Assembly (NCBI GenBank): GCA_038215615.1
Contig: JBBQQR010000004.1
Coordinates: 73,888 to 137,887 of the forward strand
Direction: 5' to 3'
DNA length: 64,000 nt
Source: Vulcanimicrobiales bacterium
GTDB taxonomy: Bacteria > Vulcanimicrobiota > Vulcanimicrobiia > Vulcanimicrobiales > Vulcanimicrobiaceae
Part shown: positions 38,149 through 48,142 of the stretch, one piece after another
Layout: each line of letters opens with the position of its first letter
Position numbering within the stretch: the stretch's first letter is position 1
Notes under the pieces: generated by a model
Told to the model about the DNA's origin: nothing
Database searches by the model: none
Seen by the model: only the letters and a program-made list of their open reading frames with translations
Program-made: the position numbers and the translations under genes

Positions 38149-39036
38149 TTAGGCGAAGGAGGGACTCCAAGCCGTCGCCGCTACCAGCGAGCTGACGATC
38201 GCGCGGCTCGCCGGCGATTTGTTGAGCGTGTAGAAATGAATGCCCGGCGCTCCGCGCCGCAGCAAGTCGGCACATTGAAGCGTCGCAAAAGCGACGCCCA
38301 AATCTTCTACGGCCTTGGGTTCGGATTTTCGCTCTTCGAGCTCGACGAGGAGCTTCGGCGGAATCGTCGCTCCGCACAAGGCGATAAAGCGCGTGATCTG
38401 TTCGTAGTTCGTGATAGGCATGATGCCGGGCAGAATCGGAACTCCGACGCCAGCGGCACGCGCGCGGTCGACAAACGCAAAGTATTTGTCGTTGTCGAAA
38501 AAAAGCTGCGTGATGAGAAACTCCGCCCCCGCGTTAACCTTTATGCGCAGATGCTCGACATCCGTTTCGAAATCGGGCGCTTCGATATGCTTTTCGGGAT
38601 GGCACGCTGCACCGACGCAAAAATCAAAATTGCGCTTGATCATCGTCACCAGCTCGTCGGCGTGTGCGAAACCGCCGGGCGGCTGCACGAAAGTCGCGTC
38701 GCGCGGCGGATCGCCCCGGAGCGCGAGCACGTTATCGATGCCGGCCGCCTCGAGGTCGCTGAGCAGGGAACGCAAATCGGCGCGCGAGCTTCCGACACAG
38801 GTGACGTGCGCCATGACGTTAAGGCCGACGTCGTTGCGGATCTGCTTGGAGACTTCGACGGTGCGCGAACGCGTCGATCCGCCGGCGCCGTAGGTTACCG
38901 AAACAAACGCCGGCCGCAGCTCGCGCAGCGTATGTGCGGTTTCCAGAAGCTGTGCGTGCGCTTCGTCGTTCTTGGGAGGAAAGAACTCGAACGAAAAAAA
39001 CGGCCGTTGCGCCGCCAGCGCGTCGCTGATTCGCAT
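38149..39036 (-). CDS. metF: 5,10-methylenetetrahydrofolate reductase
   Basis: SFEFFPPK, SVTYGAGGS, LALRGD, PEKH, ITQLFF, HFYTLN. Confidence 0.97.
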   Translation of the reverse strand: MRISDALAAQRPFFSFEFFPPKNDEAHAQLLETAHTLRELRPAFVSVTYGAGGSTRSRTVEVSKQIRNDVGLNVMAHVTCVGSSRADLRSLLSDLEAAGIDNVLALRGDPPRDATFVQPPGGFAHADELVTMIKRNFDFCVGAACHPEKHIEAPDFETDVEHLRIKVNAGAEFLITQLFFDNDKYFAFVDRARAAGVGVPILPGIMPITNYEQITRFIALCGATIPPKLLVELEERKSEPKAVEDLGVAFATLQCADLLRRGAPGIHFYTLNKSPASRAIVSSLVAATAWSPSFA

Positions 39037-39137
39037 GAACTGCTCTTAACGAAAGCTCTCGGCGACGCCTCTACCAAGTTCCCAGTTTGTCAGGGCATGG
39101 TAGCAGTTGGTAAAGGCTACGCGTCCGCGGGTGCAAG

Positions 39138-40760
39138 TCATAGTTGCCGAACCGTACGATAGCGCCCGTCGTCGAAATGCGCCGCCGGTTTCGCGTAGAG
39201 CCTGGCGTTGGCCAAATCGAAGGTTAGGACGAAATTCTTGAGCACGCCCAAACCGATATTGCCGGCGGCGAAGCGGTCGGCGAATGCGCCTTGGGTGCCA
39301 AGCATAACATTGGCATAGTTGTTAAAAAAGCGGTACGGTCCGATGTCGAGCTCGTCAACGATCGCGCCCACGGCACTGGCCGATCCACCGACGCCCATGT
39401 TGTTGGCGAACCGTCCGCCGGCGTACTCGATCAGGCCGGCGTGCGCGCGGATGAACGGGCTATACACGAGCAGCTCATTGCCGTTGCCCGTATCGATGAC
39501 GAAGCGCCCGTTCGTGCCGTTGACCTTGGCCTGAAGCTCGACGAGTTCGCGATCGCTATCGACGCTGAAACTCGTGCCTTCGGATTTCAGCGAACCGGGT
39601 TTTGCAAACGTCATCGTCTGCGCGTCGGGATCGACCCGGATTTCGGCCGTTGCGAAAAACGGGTAGCCGAGGATGCCGTCGATAGGCTGCGCGCCCGTGA
39701 CTCCGCGCAAGTCGAGTACGGTCACCATCCGAACCGGCAGCGCGACGCCGCCGATGTAAATCGAATCCAACGCCGCAACACCAAGACCACCCGTGCGTTG
39801 CGCGCCCGCAACTTCGAGCTGCCCTTGCGGCGTCAGCCCGGCTTCCTTGGCAACATGCGCGTCGAGCACGACCGCTTGCGCGCCGCTGTCCAAAAGAAAC
39901 GTGTATTCGCGCCCCAAAATCTTCAGCCGCACGTAGTCGTGACCATCGTGCACTTCCAGCGGCACGGTAACCGGCACGTCGGTCTGCACGGTTGGAGCTT
40001 CGGGCAGCGTGAAGATACCGGCTGCAATCGGCCGGTCGATGATGACGTTGACCGTTGCGCGCGTCAGATCGAAGGCGTGGTCGCCGTTTGACTCGACCGA
40101 GCGCTGCGCGATCAGTACTCCTGCGAAGAGGCGGTAGTCGTGGTAGTCCTGGGTGTCGGTTCCGTCCGTGTCGTCGTACGCGACCCGATCGAGCATGGAG
40201 GTCTTTCGATCGAGATAGATCGTTTCGGGCTGTCCTTGCGGCGGAGCGACGGAGATCGCAAAGACGTCGCGGCCGTCCGGGAGCTGCGCAGGTCCCAAGA
40301 ACCGGTCGTATAGCGGCTCGGTCACGAAGCGATCGCCTTCGATGAAATCCTCGGTGCGCTGGCGCTCCAAAAGCAGTCCCCGGAGTTCTCGAATCGCGCC
40401 GTTCTCGTTGACAGCGTACTCCCGGCCGCCCAGACGCAGATTTGATTCACGGCGGACGCCGGTTTTCTCGTCGTAACGCTGATCGCCGCCGGAGCGCCAG
40501 CTATGAAAAATTCCTTGCAGCGCGGCGCCGCTCACCATGCCGACCACCTCGACCGAATGCGCATCGCGGACGTGCATCGCGGCGATTGCCGCTTTGCGCG
40601 CTGCAAGGACGCTGGTAAGGTCAGGCACGGACTGGGCGCGCGCCGCAACCGGCAAGGCAAGCGTCGCGGCGCAGAACGCGACGAGCAGTTTGTTACGGCC
40701 GCAGTCTATAGCGGCGGTAGCTCTCCAGGACGTTTTCGACGTACGCGCGTGTTTCTGCAT
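39138..40760 (-). CDS. Exported tandem retropepsin-like aspartyl protease (start uncertain)
   Basis: FLLDSGA and FVIDTGN catalytic motifs; DGILGY and GNIGL; signal-like [19 protein letters not shown] near 40690. Confidence 0.85.
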   Translation of the reverse strand: MQKHARTSKTSWRATAAIDCGRNKLLVAFCAATLALPVAARAQSVPDLTSVLAARKAAIAAMHVRDAHSVEVVGMVSGAALQGIFHSWRSGGDQRYDEKTGVRRESNLRLGGREYAVNENGAIRELRGLLLERQRTEDFIEGDRFVTEPLYDRFLGPAQLPDGRDVFAISVAPPQGQPETIYLDRKTSMLDRVAYDDTDGTDTQDYHDYRLFAGVLIAQRSVESNGDHAFDLTRATVNVIIDRPIAAGIFTLPEAPTVQTDVPVTVPLEVHDGHDYVRLKILGREYTFLLDSGAQAVVLDAHVAKEAGLTPQGQLEVAGAQRTGGLGVAALDSIYIGGVALPVRMVTVLDLRGVTGAQPIDGILGYPFFATAEIRVDPDAQTMTFAKPGSLKSEGTSFSVDSDRELVELQAKVNGTNGRFVIDTGNGNELLVYSPFIRAHAGLIEYAGGRFANNMGVGGSASAVGAIVDELDIGPYRFFNNYANVMLGTQGAFADRFAAGNIGLGVLKNFVLTFDLANARLYAKPAAHFDDGRYRTVRQL

Positions 40761-40851
40761 AAGGCGGGACGCCGCCATACTTCTCGACGGCACCCGGACC
40801 TGCATTGTAGGCGGCTATGGCCTCGGAGTGTAAAGGCCGGGCACGTAACAT
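40693..40851 (-). pseudogene. C-terminal fragment of a lytic transglycosylase (SLT)
   Basis: [32 protein letters not shown]; catalytic ES and GLMQ motifs absent. Confidence 0.8.
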
Positions 40852-40855
40852 GTTA

Positions 40856-40890
40856 GCCGCATGGCCTCCGCCACATCCAGGCCATGCGGC
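40856..40890. terminator. 12-bp perfect hairpin downstream of the rplM-rpsI-DUF3810 run
   Basis: GCCGCATGGCCT / AGGCCATGCGGC; no clear U-tract. Confidence 0.5.
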
Positions 40891-40917
40891 GACCGTCAGG
40901 TTCAACCAGCTACAAAA

Positions 40918-41994
40918 TCACTGCGCCGAGAGCGGTAGCCCGCCTCGATCCAATGGAATGGTGATGAGCAACTGCGTCACTTCGCTGTAATTGCGCACGC
41001 CCGAGGCGACGCGATTGGACTTCAGGTAATTATTGTACATCCGCCAGGAAAAGCGGGAGAAATCAATGTTGACGAAGCGCGCGTTGCGTTGGCGCAGAGC
41101 TTCGAAATCTTGCCAGACTTCGGGCGCGAACATCTTGTGCGGATACTTTTGCAGCGGGGGCAGATACAAGAATACTTCGAGCCAGCCCGAGTACTGCGCA
41201 ACGGTGTCGGAATCGCGCATGCAGGTCAGCGCCGCGATGTAATTGGCTTCGTCCTCGCGATTGTAGCCGGCGACGTGACTCCATTCATGCGCTTGTGAAA
41301 ACGGGCGCTCAAACCACAAGAGATCGGGTGCGAGCTGAGTCTCGAGCGTGAACGGATTGATGAAGCCACTGGTGCCGTTCTTGTCCATGAAAAATCCGGC
41401 CAGCGTCGGTTTGGCTGCACCCACCTCGGGCGTCCAGCGATCGCCCAGCCGTTGCACCACCGGCAGCCATGCGTTGCGAAGGAGTTCGAACGCCAGCGCT
41501 TCACCGCGCGGGGCGTTATCGTTGAGCGCGTGCGCCGGGCGCGCGAGCCGGTTGAGTTCGGCAATGGCCCGGCCGCGCAGGGCGTCAACGTTGCCCGCCG
41601 TTAAGCGTGAACGGTCGTAGGCGACGCGACTCTGCAGCGGCGCGCGGTCGTAACCCCAGCCCCATCCGCCATAAAACCAGAGCGCATACATTCCCGCGAC
41701 TCCGGCAATCCCGAAAAGCATGCGCAGCATCGGCACACCGAAGCGTCCGCGCCGCATGCGTTCGATGTTGCGCCATATTTTGACGATCACCACGACCGCG
41801 CCGGCCGCGATCACCACGTCGCCGAGCGAAAACGGAAGCGCCGGCGTGAATGATCCCCAAAAGTTCTCCCACTTGGGATACCAGCCGTTGCTGAACGCGC
41901 TTTCGACCCACGCCGGCGACGGATGCCAGAGCGCGGCAAAGAGTCCCGCTACGATCAGCAGCGCGTCGGCGAAAAGTTGTACGCGGAGTCTTAG
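40918..41994 (-). CDS. DUF3810-like membrane zincin (non-canonical start inferred; first GTG at 41817)
   Basis: N-terminal [51 protein letters not shown]. Confidence 0.8.
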   Translation of the reverse strand, partial: LRLRVQLFADALLIVAGLFAALWHPSPAWVESAFSNGWYPKWENFWGSFTPALPFSLGDVVIAAGAVVVIVKIWRNIERMRRGRFGVPMLRMLFGIAGVAGMYALWFYGGWGWGYDRAPLQSRVAYDRSRLTAGNVDALRGRAIAELNRLARPAHALNDNAPRGEALAFELLRNAWLPVVQRLGDRWTPEVGAAKPTLAGFFMDKNGTSGFINPFTLETQLAPDLLWFERPFSQAHEWSHVAGYNREDEANYIAALTCMRDSDTVAQYSGWLEVFLYLPPLQKYPHKMFAPEVWQDFEALRQRNARFVNIDFSRFSWRMYNNYLKSNRVASGVRNYSEVTQLLITIPLDRGGLPLSAQ

Positions 41995-42380
41995 CGTTTG
42001 CTAAATTGGAAGCGCTTGCGGGCGCGTTTGCGGCCGTACTTCTTCGACTCTTTTTCGCGATCGTCGCGCGTCAAGAGGCCGGCTTTGCGCAAAATTTCGC
42101 GCAGTGATTCATCCATTTGCACCAGCGCGCGGGCGATGCCGTGCCGCAGCGCGCCGGCTTGGCCGGACGTGCCGCCGCCCTCGACCTTGACGTCGATGTT
42201 GAAGCGCGTCAGGCTTTGCGTGGCTTCGAGCGGCTGCTTCACGATTTGCTGCAGCGTCTGGCGAGTAAAATATTCTTCGAGCGGGCGTTTGTTGACGGTG
42301 ATCTTGCCTTCGCCCAGCGCGAGTCTCACGCGCGCGACGGAACGTTTACGCCGTCCAGTCCCTAGGAAGTTATCGTTCAA
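41991..42380 (-). CDS. rpsI: 30S ribosomal protein S9
   Basis: [31 protein letters not shown] overlap with rplM. Confidence 0.98.
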   Translation of the reverse strand: MNDNFLGTGRRKRSVARVRLALGEGKITVNKRPLEEYFTRQTLQQIVKQPLEATQSLTRFNIDVKVEGGGTSGQAGALRHGIARALVQMDESLREILRKAGLLTRDDREKESKKYGRKRARKRFQFSKR

Positions 42381-42802
42381 GGCAGCTCCTGCGGTTTTTG
42401 CGCTTCGTGCGAATGCGTCGCACCGGTATACACTTTTAAACGGCCTAGGCGGACGTCGCGCAATCTATTGGTGGGCAGCATGCCGCGCACCGCGCGTTCG
42501 ATCAAGCGTTCCGGATGTTTGTCCATCAGGTCGCGCGCGGTCTGCAGTTTCAGGCCGCCGGGATAACCGCTGTGGCGGTAATACACTTTTTGGTCCCACT
42601 TGTTGCCGCCCAGCTCGACCTTCTCGGCGTTGAGCACGATCACGAAATCGCCGTCATCGATGTGCGGCGTCCAGGTCGGCTTGTGTTTGCCCGCAAGGAC
42701 GCGCGAAATACGCACGGCGAGAGTGCCGAGACGCTGGCCCGCGGCGTCGACGATGTACCAATCGTGCTTCGTCTCCGCGGTCTTCTGCTGGTACGTGCGC
42801 AT
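42377..42802 (-). CDS. rplM: 50S ribosomal protein L13
   Basis: [36 protein letters not shown]. Confidence 0.98.
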   Translation of the reverse strand: MRTYQQKTAETKHDWYIVDAAGQRLGTLAVRISRVLAGKHKPTWTPHIDDGDFVIVLNAEKVELGGNKWDQKVYYRHSGYPGGLKLQTARDLMDKHPERLIERAVRGMLPTNRLRDVRLGRLKVYTGATHSHEAQKPQELP

Positions 42803-42936
42803 GGTCTTCCTTATAAGCGTGGGCAACCGACCTACTATACGCGGAGCCCGCCGCACCCGTCAAGCATGATTAAGGCCACGTCAGACTTTCGCATAGCCAA
42901 AAGGCGGCCGCCTGCCTCCATGAAAAAGAGATTAGA

Positions 42937-43767
42937 ATGAAGCATCGGATCGTCGGTGGTATAGCCGCTGCCTTTTTTGCCTGTTCGGCCCTGGCCATGG
43001 CCGTCGACAAGCCGGCCCCCAAGGGGCCTCCCATCGGGTCGATCTGCGACGAGTCCCTGAGGTCGATTGCCAATACCACCCACGCCCGGGCGACGCCCTG
43101 CGTCGTGACGCGCGGTCACATGGTCATCGAGACGATGTACTATCAGAATGCCTCGCGCGAAGGCGGAACGGCCCTGGCGGCCTACCCCGAGGCCACCTTC
43201 CGCGTGGGGGTCAGTCCGCGCCTCGAGCTGTTCGTGGACGCGCCCTCCGACATCGCCAAATCCGGAACTCATGGCGATGGCATCTTCTATTTCACCCACC
43301 CGGGCGTCGGTCTGAAAGCCTTGCTTTCAAGCAGCAGCACCTTCGCTTCGAGCCTCTCGCTCGAGACCCGGCCTCAGCTGCACGCGCTCGCCCACATGAG
43401 CCTGCTGCCGATGGCGGATGCCACGCTGACCGCTTCGTGGATGCCGCGCCGTTCAAACGTGATTATCACCGGGCAAGCGGGCGCATTCTGGTTCCAGCAG
43501 CGCGGAATGGGTCACGAGCAAAAAATGGCCGCGACGTTTGCGCTCGGGGTCACCGCGCCGATCATGCGCAAGACGTGGCTCACGCTGCAACTGCGGAGTT
43601 TTTCGATAGCCGCATTACATTCGTCGGCGCAAAGTTCGGGGACGCTAAGTCTGCAGCATGAAATCGGCCGTAACGTGTTGGCGAATGTGCAGCTCGGCAC
43701 GGCTTTTAACGCCGCCAGGCATTCCAAGGCGCATTATCTCGGCCTCGGTTTCACCATCCGGCGCTAA
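42937..43767 (+). CDS. Putative outer-membrane beta-barrel/transporter-like protein
   Basis: Signal peptide; PCVV..G..IE..Y; alternating amphipathic strands; terminal YLGLGFTIRR. Confidence 0.6.
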   Translation: MKHRIVGGIAAAFFACSALAMAVDKPAPKGPPIGSICDESLRSIANTTHARATPCVVTRGHMVIETMYYQNASREGGTALAAYPEATFRVGVSPRLELFVDAPSDIAKSGTHGDGIFYFTHPGVGLKALLSSSSTFASSLSLETRPQLHALAHMSLLPMADATLTASWMPRRSNVIITGQAGAFWFQQRGMGHEQKMAATFALGVTAPIMRKTWLTLQLRSFSIAALHSSAQSSGTLSLQHEIGRNVLANVQLGTAFNAARHSKAHYLGLGFTIRR

Positions 43768-44533
43768 TCGGCGGCTCTCCGAACGAGTCGAACCCGTCCG
43801 CGTAACGCACGCCCGCTAAATACAGACCTTGAGGCGGCGCTGTCATGCCCGTCGCGGAACGATCGAGCGACGCCAGCGCCGGCGCAATGCCGGCCGGATC
43901 GCGCTTTCCGGTTCCACACTCAACCAGCGTTCCAACGATGTTGCGGGCCATGCGGTGCAAATATCCGTCGGCGCGAATTTCAATGCGCAGCAAATCACCG
44001 TTGCGGCGAATATCGATCGCGCGAATCGTTCGCAGCGTCGGACCGCTCTCGGGGAGCATGCCGCAAAACGAGCGAAAATCGTGCTCGCCGATCAGCGGCG
44101 CCGCAGCCGCCTTCATCGCTGCGACGTCGAGCGGCGGCCAGACGTGACACACATGGCGCGCGTACAGCGGCGAGCGCTCGCGCCGGTTTAGAATAATGTA
44201 GACGTACGTGCGCTCCAGCGCCGAAAAACGCGCGGAGAAGCCGGCCGGCGCTATGCCGGCATCGCGTATGGAAAGATCGGGGGGCAATTCGGTATTCGCT
44301 GCGAGCGTCAAGCGCTCGAACGGAAACGACGCCGCGGTTCTTAGCGAAACAACCTGTCCGGTCGCATGAACGCCCGTGTCAGTGCGGCCCGCCCCCGTGA
44401 CTTTCACGGTGTTTGCAAAGAGGGTTGAAAAAACTCGCTCGAGTTCGCCCGCGATCGTGCGCAGCTCGGGTTGAAATTGGAAGCCGGAAAAAGCAGAGCC
44501 GTCGTACTCGACGACGGCTCTGATAGTCGTTAG
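43751..44533 (-). CDS. truA: tRNA pseudouridine(38-40) synthase (non-canonical start inferred)
   Basis: IRAVVEYDGSAFSGFQFQ, AGRTDTGVHA, FSARFSA, GEHDF, YLHRMARNIVG, TAPPQGLYL. Confidence 0.95.
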   Translation of the reverse strand, partial: LTTIRAVVEYDGSAFSGFQFQPELRTIAGELERVFSTLFANTVKVTGAGRTDTGVHATGQVVSLRTAASFPFERLTLAANTELPPDLSIRDAGIAPAGFSARFSALERTYVYIILNRRERSPLYARHVCHVWPPLDVAAMKAAAAPLIGEHDFRSFCGMLPESGPTLRTIRAIDIRRNGDLLRIEIRADGYLHRMARNIVGTLVECGTGKRDPAGIAPALASLDRSATGMTAPPQGLYLAGVRYADGFDSFGEPPISAGW

Positions 44534-44961
44534 GCTGCGCGGCGCGGGACCTGGCGTTTCTCGTCCAGATCCAGCAAGTCGGCCCAGGTCGTTACGTCGG
44601 TCCGGTCCAGCGCCACTTGGTTGCGCAGGCCCAGGAAGTATGTCTTCGACTCGCCCTCGGGCTCGTGACTCACGCATTGCCGGTTCCACTGCTCGATTTG
44701 AGCGGGCGTCTTTTTGTCGACGAACTGCTTGGCGTAGGCATCGATCTCCGCATCGCTCTTGGCGTTCTTGATGACGTTGTAGAATTCTTCACCGTTGATG
44801 CCGAGAAATTCGAATACCGCGTGGTCCATCGGGCAGTCGAAGTGGTATTCTCCGACGTTGCCGTGGGCTGTGGCTTTGCCCTTATCGAGGGCGCGACCCA
44901 GCTGCACGATGCCCAGGTATTTTTCGTGCACGCTGCGGGGGTACGTTTTTGTTAAATCCAT
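44530..44961 (-). CDS. DUF5069-like protein
   Basis: DLTKTYPRS..GR..DK..GEYHFDCPMD..FLGI..W.DLLDLDE. Confidence 0.8.
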   Translation of the reverse strand: MDLTKTYPRSVHEKYLGIVQLGRALDKGKATAHGNVGEYHFDCPMDHAVFEFLGINGEEFYNVIKNAKSDAEIDAYAKQFVDKKTPAQIEQWNRQCVSHEPEGESKTYFLGLRNQVALDRTDVTTWADLLDLDEKRQVPRRAA

Positions 44962-45028
44962 GGCCCTTATAACCCGACTTACTTAAAGTAGGTTTCAGGC
45001 AGAGCTCGCCGGCTGCTCCCTATGTGGC

Positions 45029-45895
45029 TTACTGCGAGAGAGGGACGGTGAAGACGTCGGGCGGGATCGAACGCGGATAGCTGATGCCGTCTAGGGTAAA
45101 GCGCCAGATGCCATGGTGCGTCGATATCCCGAAGAAACGCAGCGTCCCGTCGATTATCCCGTCGGTTAAGGTCCAGTAACCGCCGACGTCGCCAAAGTGC
45201 TGTTCCACTATCCCGTGAAAGCCGAAGGCGTCGCGAACCCCGTAGCGCAGCATGCAGAACTCTTGCGTCTGGACGTTGATGATGACATCGCTGAGCTGAT
45301 GCTGCGGCGCGCGATCGCGCGCGACCAGATGAAGGGCGTGTCCCGGACTGCCGTTCGGGCAGGCCTGGGCCCCGCGCTCCTCCAGTCGGTAGATCGTCGG
45401 ACCCATCACATGTATGGCCGCAATCTGGCGCAGGGACGATGGCTCTTGAGGCACGGGCGTGGCGCCGGCCGAAACTGGCTGCTCGACGTCTTGGTAGTTC
45501 AGCATGCCGTCACGCAAGGCACGATATGTACCATACCATGTCGGATCGAAAAACGAACGGGCGGTAACGTAACGCTTTCCATTCTCGTCGATAATCTCGG
45601 TTGCGTAGTCGTCCGTACGGTGGCGCAGTTGCCACGCACTCGGCCCGCTGCCGCTTCCGATCCCAAGCCAAACGAAATGATTTCTTACGAAAAGTTTCAC
45701 GGGCAGGCCATCGTCTTGCGAATGCAGCGTCGAACTTTCAAATGCCGGCTGCGCACGAGACGACGTTGCCTTCACGGCCGCGAGGTAGAGACTCTCGGCT
45801 GCGGAGGGCGGGTCCGCTTGCGCGCGCGTTGCGGAGATGAAAATAGCCGTTAACAGCAACGCGAACGCAACAAAGACGGCCGGGGTTCTCAGCAT
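45029..45895 (-). CDS. Hypothetical exported protein
   Basis: Signal peptide, 288-aa ORF, no recognised motif. Confidence 0.7.
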   Translation of the reverse strand: MLRTPAVFVAFALLLTAIFISATRAQADPPSAAESLYLAAVKATSSRAQPAFESSTLHSQDDGLPVKLFVRNHFVWLGIGSGSGPSAWQLRHRTDDYATEIIDENGKRYVTARSFFDPTWYGTYRALRDGMLNYQDVEQPVSAGATPVPQEPSSLRQIAAIHVMGPTIYRLEERGAQACPNGSPGHALHLVARDRAPQHQLSDVIINVQTQEFCMLRYGVRDAFGFHGIVEQHFGDVGGYWTLTDGIIDGTLRFFGISTHHGIWRFTLDGISYPRSIPPDVFTVPLSQ

Positions 45896-46027
45896 GTCTC
45901 CAATACGATTGCCGGCTCCGAAATGTTCCGCGAGTTAATGGCCCAGGGGAAAGGAAAGCGCGTCGACTGGCCAGGCACGTTCCGGTTCGTCAAACGTCCT
46001 GTCAAAAGCCGAGATGTATTTGCAATC

Positions 46028-47569
46028 TCAGCGAACGCCGCTCCCGTGCTGACGCTGGAGCGGAAAAAGTAAGACGTCTTTGATGCTCGGCTGATTGGTC
46101 AGCAGCATCACGAGGCGGTCCATCCCGATCCCGATGCCGGCCGTTGGCGGCATGCCGTACTCGAGCGCGCGCACGAAATCCCAATCGGGTTCGGGAATCT
46201 CTTCGTCGCCGGCCGAGCGTTGTTTGATTTGGCTTTCGAAGCGGGCGCGCTGATCATCGGGATCGTTGAGCTCGGTGAAGGCATTACTTATTTCGGCGTT
46301 GGCAATGAACAATTCGTACCGGTCGGTGATCTCGGAATCGTCTTGCCGCCGCTTGGCCAGCGGCGAGATCGCGACCGGGTAGCCGGTCACGAAGGTGGGC
46401 TCGTACAAGTGCGGCTCGGCGACGCGTTCGAAGATCTTGTCAAGCGCGTGCGCGTGCGAGGGCGACTCGGGCAAACCCAGCGCGGTGAGTATCGCCGCCG
46501 CGCCCTTGGGGTCGAGTAATTGCTCGCGCAGTTCCTTTCTTGAGCCTGTCCTGAGCCCCGCCGAAGGGCCATGCTCGCGAATCAGTTCCAAGTACTCGAT
46601 GCGCTTGAACGGACGCTTGAATGAGAGCGTCTTGCCGCCGGCTGGCACTTCGTCTTTGCCGCCCGTCATGACGTCGACCAGATGCGCGATTAGCGCTTCG
46701 TTAAACTCGCGCATGTCGTTGACGTCCCAGTACGCGGCGTACAGTTCGAGCATCGTGAATTCGGGATTGTGAACCGGATCGATGCCTTCGTTGCGGAAGA
46801 TGCGGCCGATCTCGTAAACCCGCTCGAAGCCGCCGACGATCAAGCGCTTGAGATTCAGTTCGGTCGCAATGCGCAACTGCATCATTTGGTCGAGCGCGTT
46901 GACGTGCGTCACGAAGGGGCGCGCGGCCGCGCCGCCGGCGACGTGCAGCAGCGTCGGTGTTTCGACTTCGTAGAAGCCTTGCGCGTCGATGAAGCGTCGC
47001 GTTTCGGCGAGAATCTTGCTGCGTGCGAAAAACACCTCGCGCACTTCGGGATTCACGATCAAATCCACGTAGCGCTGGCGGTAACGCTTCTCAACGTCGG
47101 TCAGCCCATGCCACTTGTCGGGCAGCGGATACATCGCCTTAGCGAGCACGTCGAACTTGAGCACATGCAGCGAGAGCTCGCCTTTTTGCGATCTGAACAT
47201 GTAGCCGTGCACGCCGACGATGTCGCCGATGTCGAGCACCGTCCAATCGGCAAATTTCTCGTCGCCGACTTCGTCGCGGCGCACGTAGAGCTGGAGCTTG
47301 CTGGTGCGGTCCGCGAGATCGGCAAAGGCGGTCTTGCCGTGCGGCCGCTGCGACATCAAGCGGCCGGCGATCGACCAGTTCTCGCTCTCGGCTTTTTCGC
47401 CGGTAGACAGAAAATCGTACTTGGCGAGCAGCTCGCCGGCGTTGGTATCGACGGCGTAACGCGTTTGCGCGAACGGGTCCGCTCCGTGCGAACGCAAAAC
47501 GGCCAGATTTTCACGTCTGGCCGCTACGAGTGCTTCTTCCGTCTTGCCGAGTTCGCGGGAGTCCGTGCT
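46028..47569 (-). CDS. lysS: Lysine--tRNA ligase, class II (true start uncertain; first TTG at 47497)
   Basis: PLPDKWHGL, RYRQRYVDL, GGAAARPF, FRNEG, HNPEFT, YGMPPTAGIGIG, VLLFP. Confidence 0.97.
   Translation of the reverse strand, partial: STDSRELGKTEEALVAARRENLAVLRSHGADPFAQTRYAVDTNAGELLAKYDFLSTGEKAESENWSIAGRLMSQRPHGKTAFADLADRTSKLQLYVRRDEVGDEKFADWTVLDIGDIVGVHGYMFRSQKGELSLHVLKFDVLAKAMYPLPDKWHGLTDVEKRYRQRYVDLIVNPEVREVFFARSKILAETRRFIDAQGFYEVETPTLLHVAGGAAARPFVTHVNALDQMMQLRIATELNLKRLIVGGFERVYEIGRIFRNEGIDPVHNPEFTMLELYAAYWDVNDMREFNEALIAHLVDVMTGGKDEVPAGGKTLSFKRPFKRIEYLELIREHGPSAGLRTGSRKELREQLLDPKGAAAILTALGLPESPSHAHALDKIFERVAEPHLYEPTFVTGYPVAISPLAKRRQDDSEITDRYELFIANAEISNAFTELNDPDDQRARFESQIKQRSAGDEEIPEPDWDFVRALEYGMPPTAGIGIGMDRLVMLLTNQPSIKDVLLFPLQRQHGSGVR
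46541..46568 (-). repeat. Short repeat family copy inside lysS
   Basis: Minus strand CCCTTCGGCGGGGCTCAGGACAGGCTCA, translated PSAGLRTGS. Confidence 0.75.
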
Positions 47570-48082
47570 CTAACTCGCTTTCTTCGCGGCCTTCTTCGCC
47601 GGCGTTCCCCGCCGGATGCTTTCAATCTTGTATTTCACGATGCCCCGCGGCGTGGCCACGTCGACCGTCTCGCCCTTCTTGTGGCCGATGAGCGCGCGTC
47701 CCAACGGGGATTCGTTGCTGATGCGCTGATTCACGGGGTCGGCCTCGGCCGAACCCACGATCCAGAACTCATGGCCGGAGTTCGATTTGACGTCCTTGAC
47801 CTTGACCGTGGCGCCCAGGTGCACTTCGTCGGCCGAATAGTCCGACTCGTCGATCAGACGAGCGTTGCGAACCATCGACTCCAACTTCATGATGCGGCCT
47901 TCGATGAACGCCTGCTCCTGCTTGGCGTCTTCGTACTCCGCGTTTTCACTCAGGTCGCCGAACTCTTTGGCCTGCCGGATCCGGTTATTGACCTCACGGC
48001 GATGAACGCTCTTGAGCTCGTCGAGCTCGTGCTCCATCTTTTCCAGGCCCTCTTTGGTGAGGACGACTTCTTTATCGTTCAT
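47570..48082 (-). CDS. greA: Transcription elongation factor GreA
   Basis: LTKEG, GDLSENAEY, ISNESPLG. Confidence 0.98.
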   Translation of the reverse strand: MNDKEVVLTKEGLEKMEHELDELKSVHRREVNNRIRQAKEFGDLSENAEYEDAKQEQAFIEGRIMKLESMVRNARLIDESDYSADEVHLGATVKVKDVKSNSGHEFWIVGSAEADPVNQRISNESPLGRALIGHKKGETVDVATPRGIVKYKIESIRRGTPAKKAAKKAS

Positions 48083-48142
48083 ACTTCCCCGGCGGCCAGT
48101 GATAAGGAAAGCGCCCCCATGCAGGGCGCCAGCGCCGTTGGT

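Noticed and set aside
39037..39137. SAM/SAH riboswitch upstream of metF
   Set aside because: No recognisable SAM-I, SAM-II or SAH consensus
40850..40910. Integron attC-like site around the hairpin
   Set aside because: Core motifs are imperfect and in the wrong order; no integrase or cassette array
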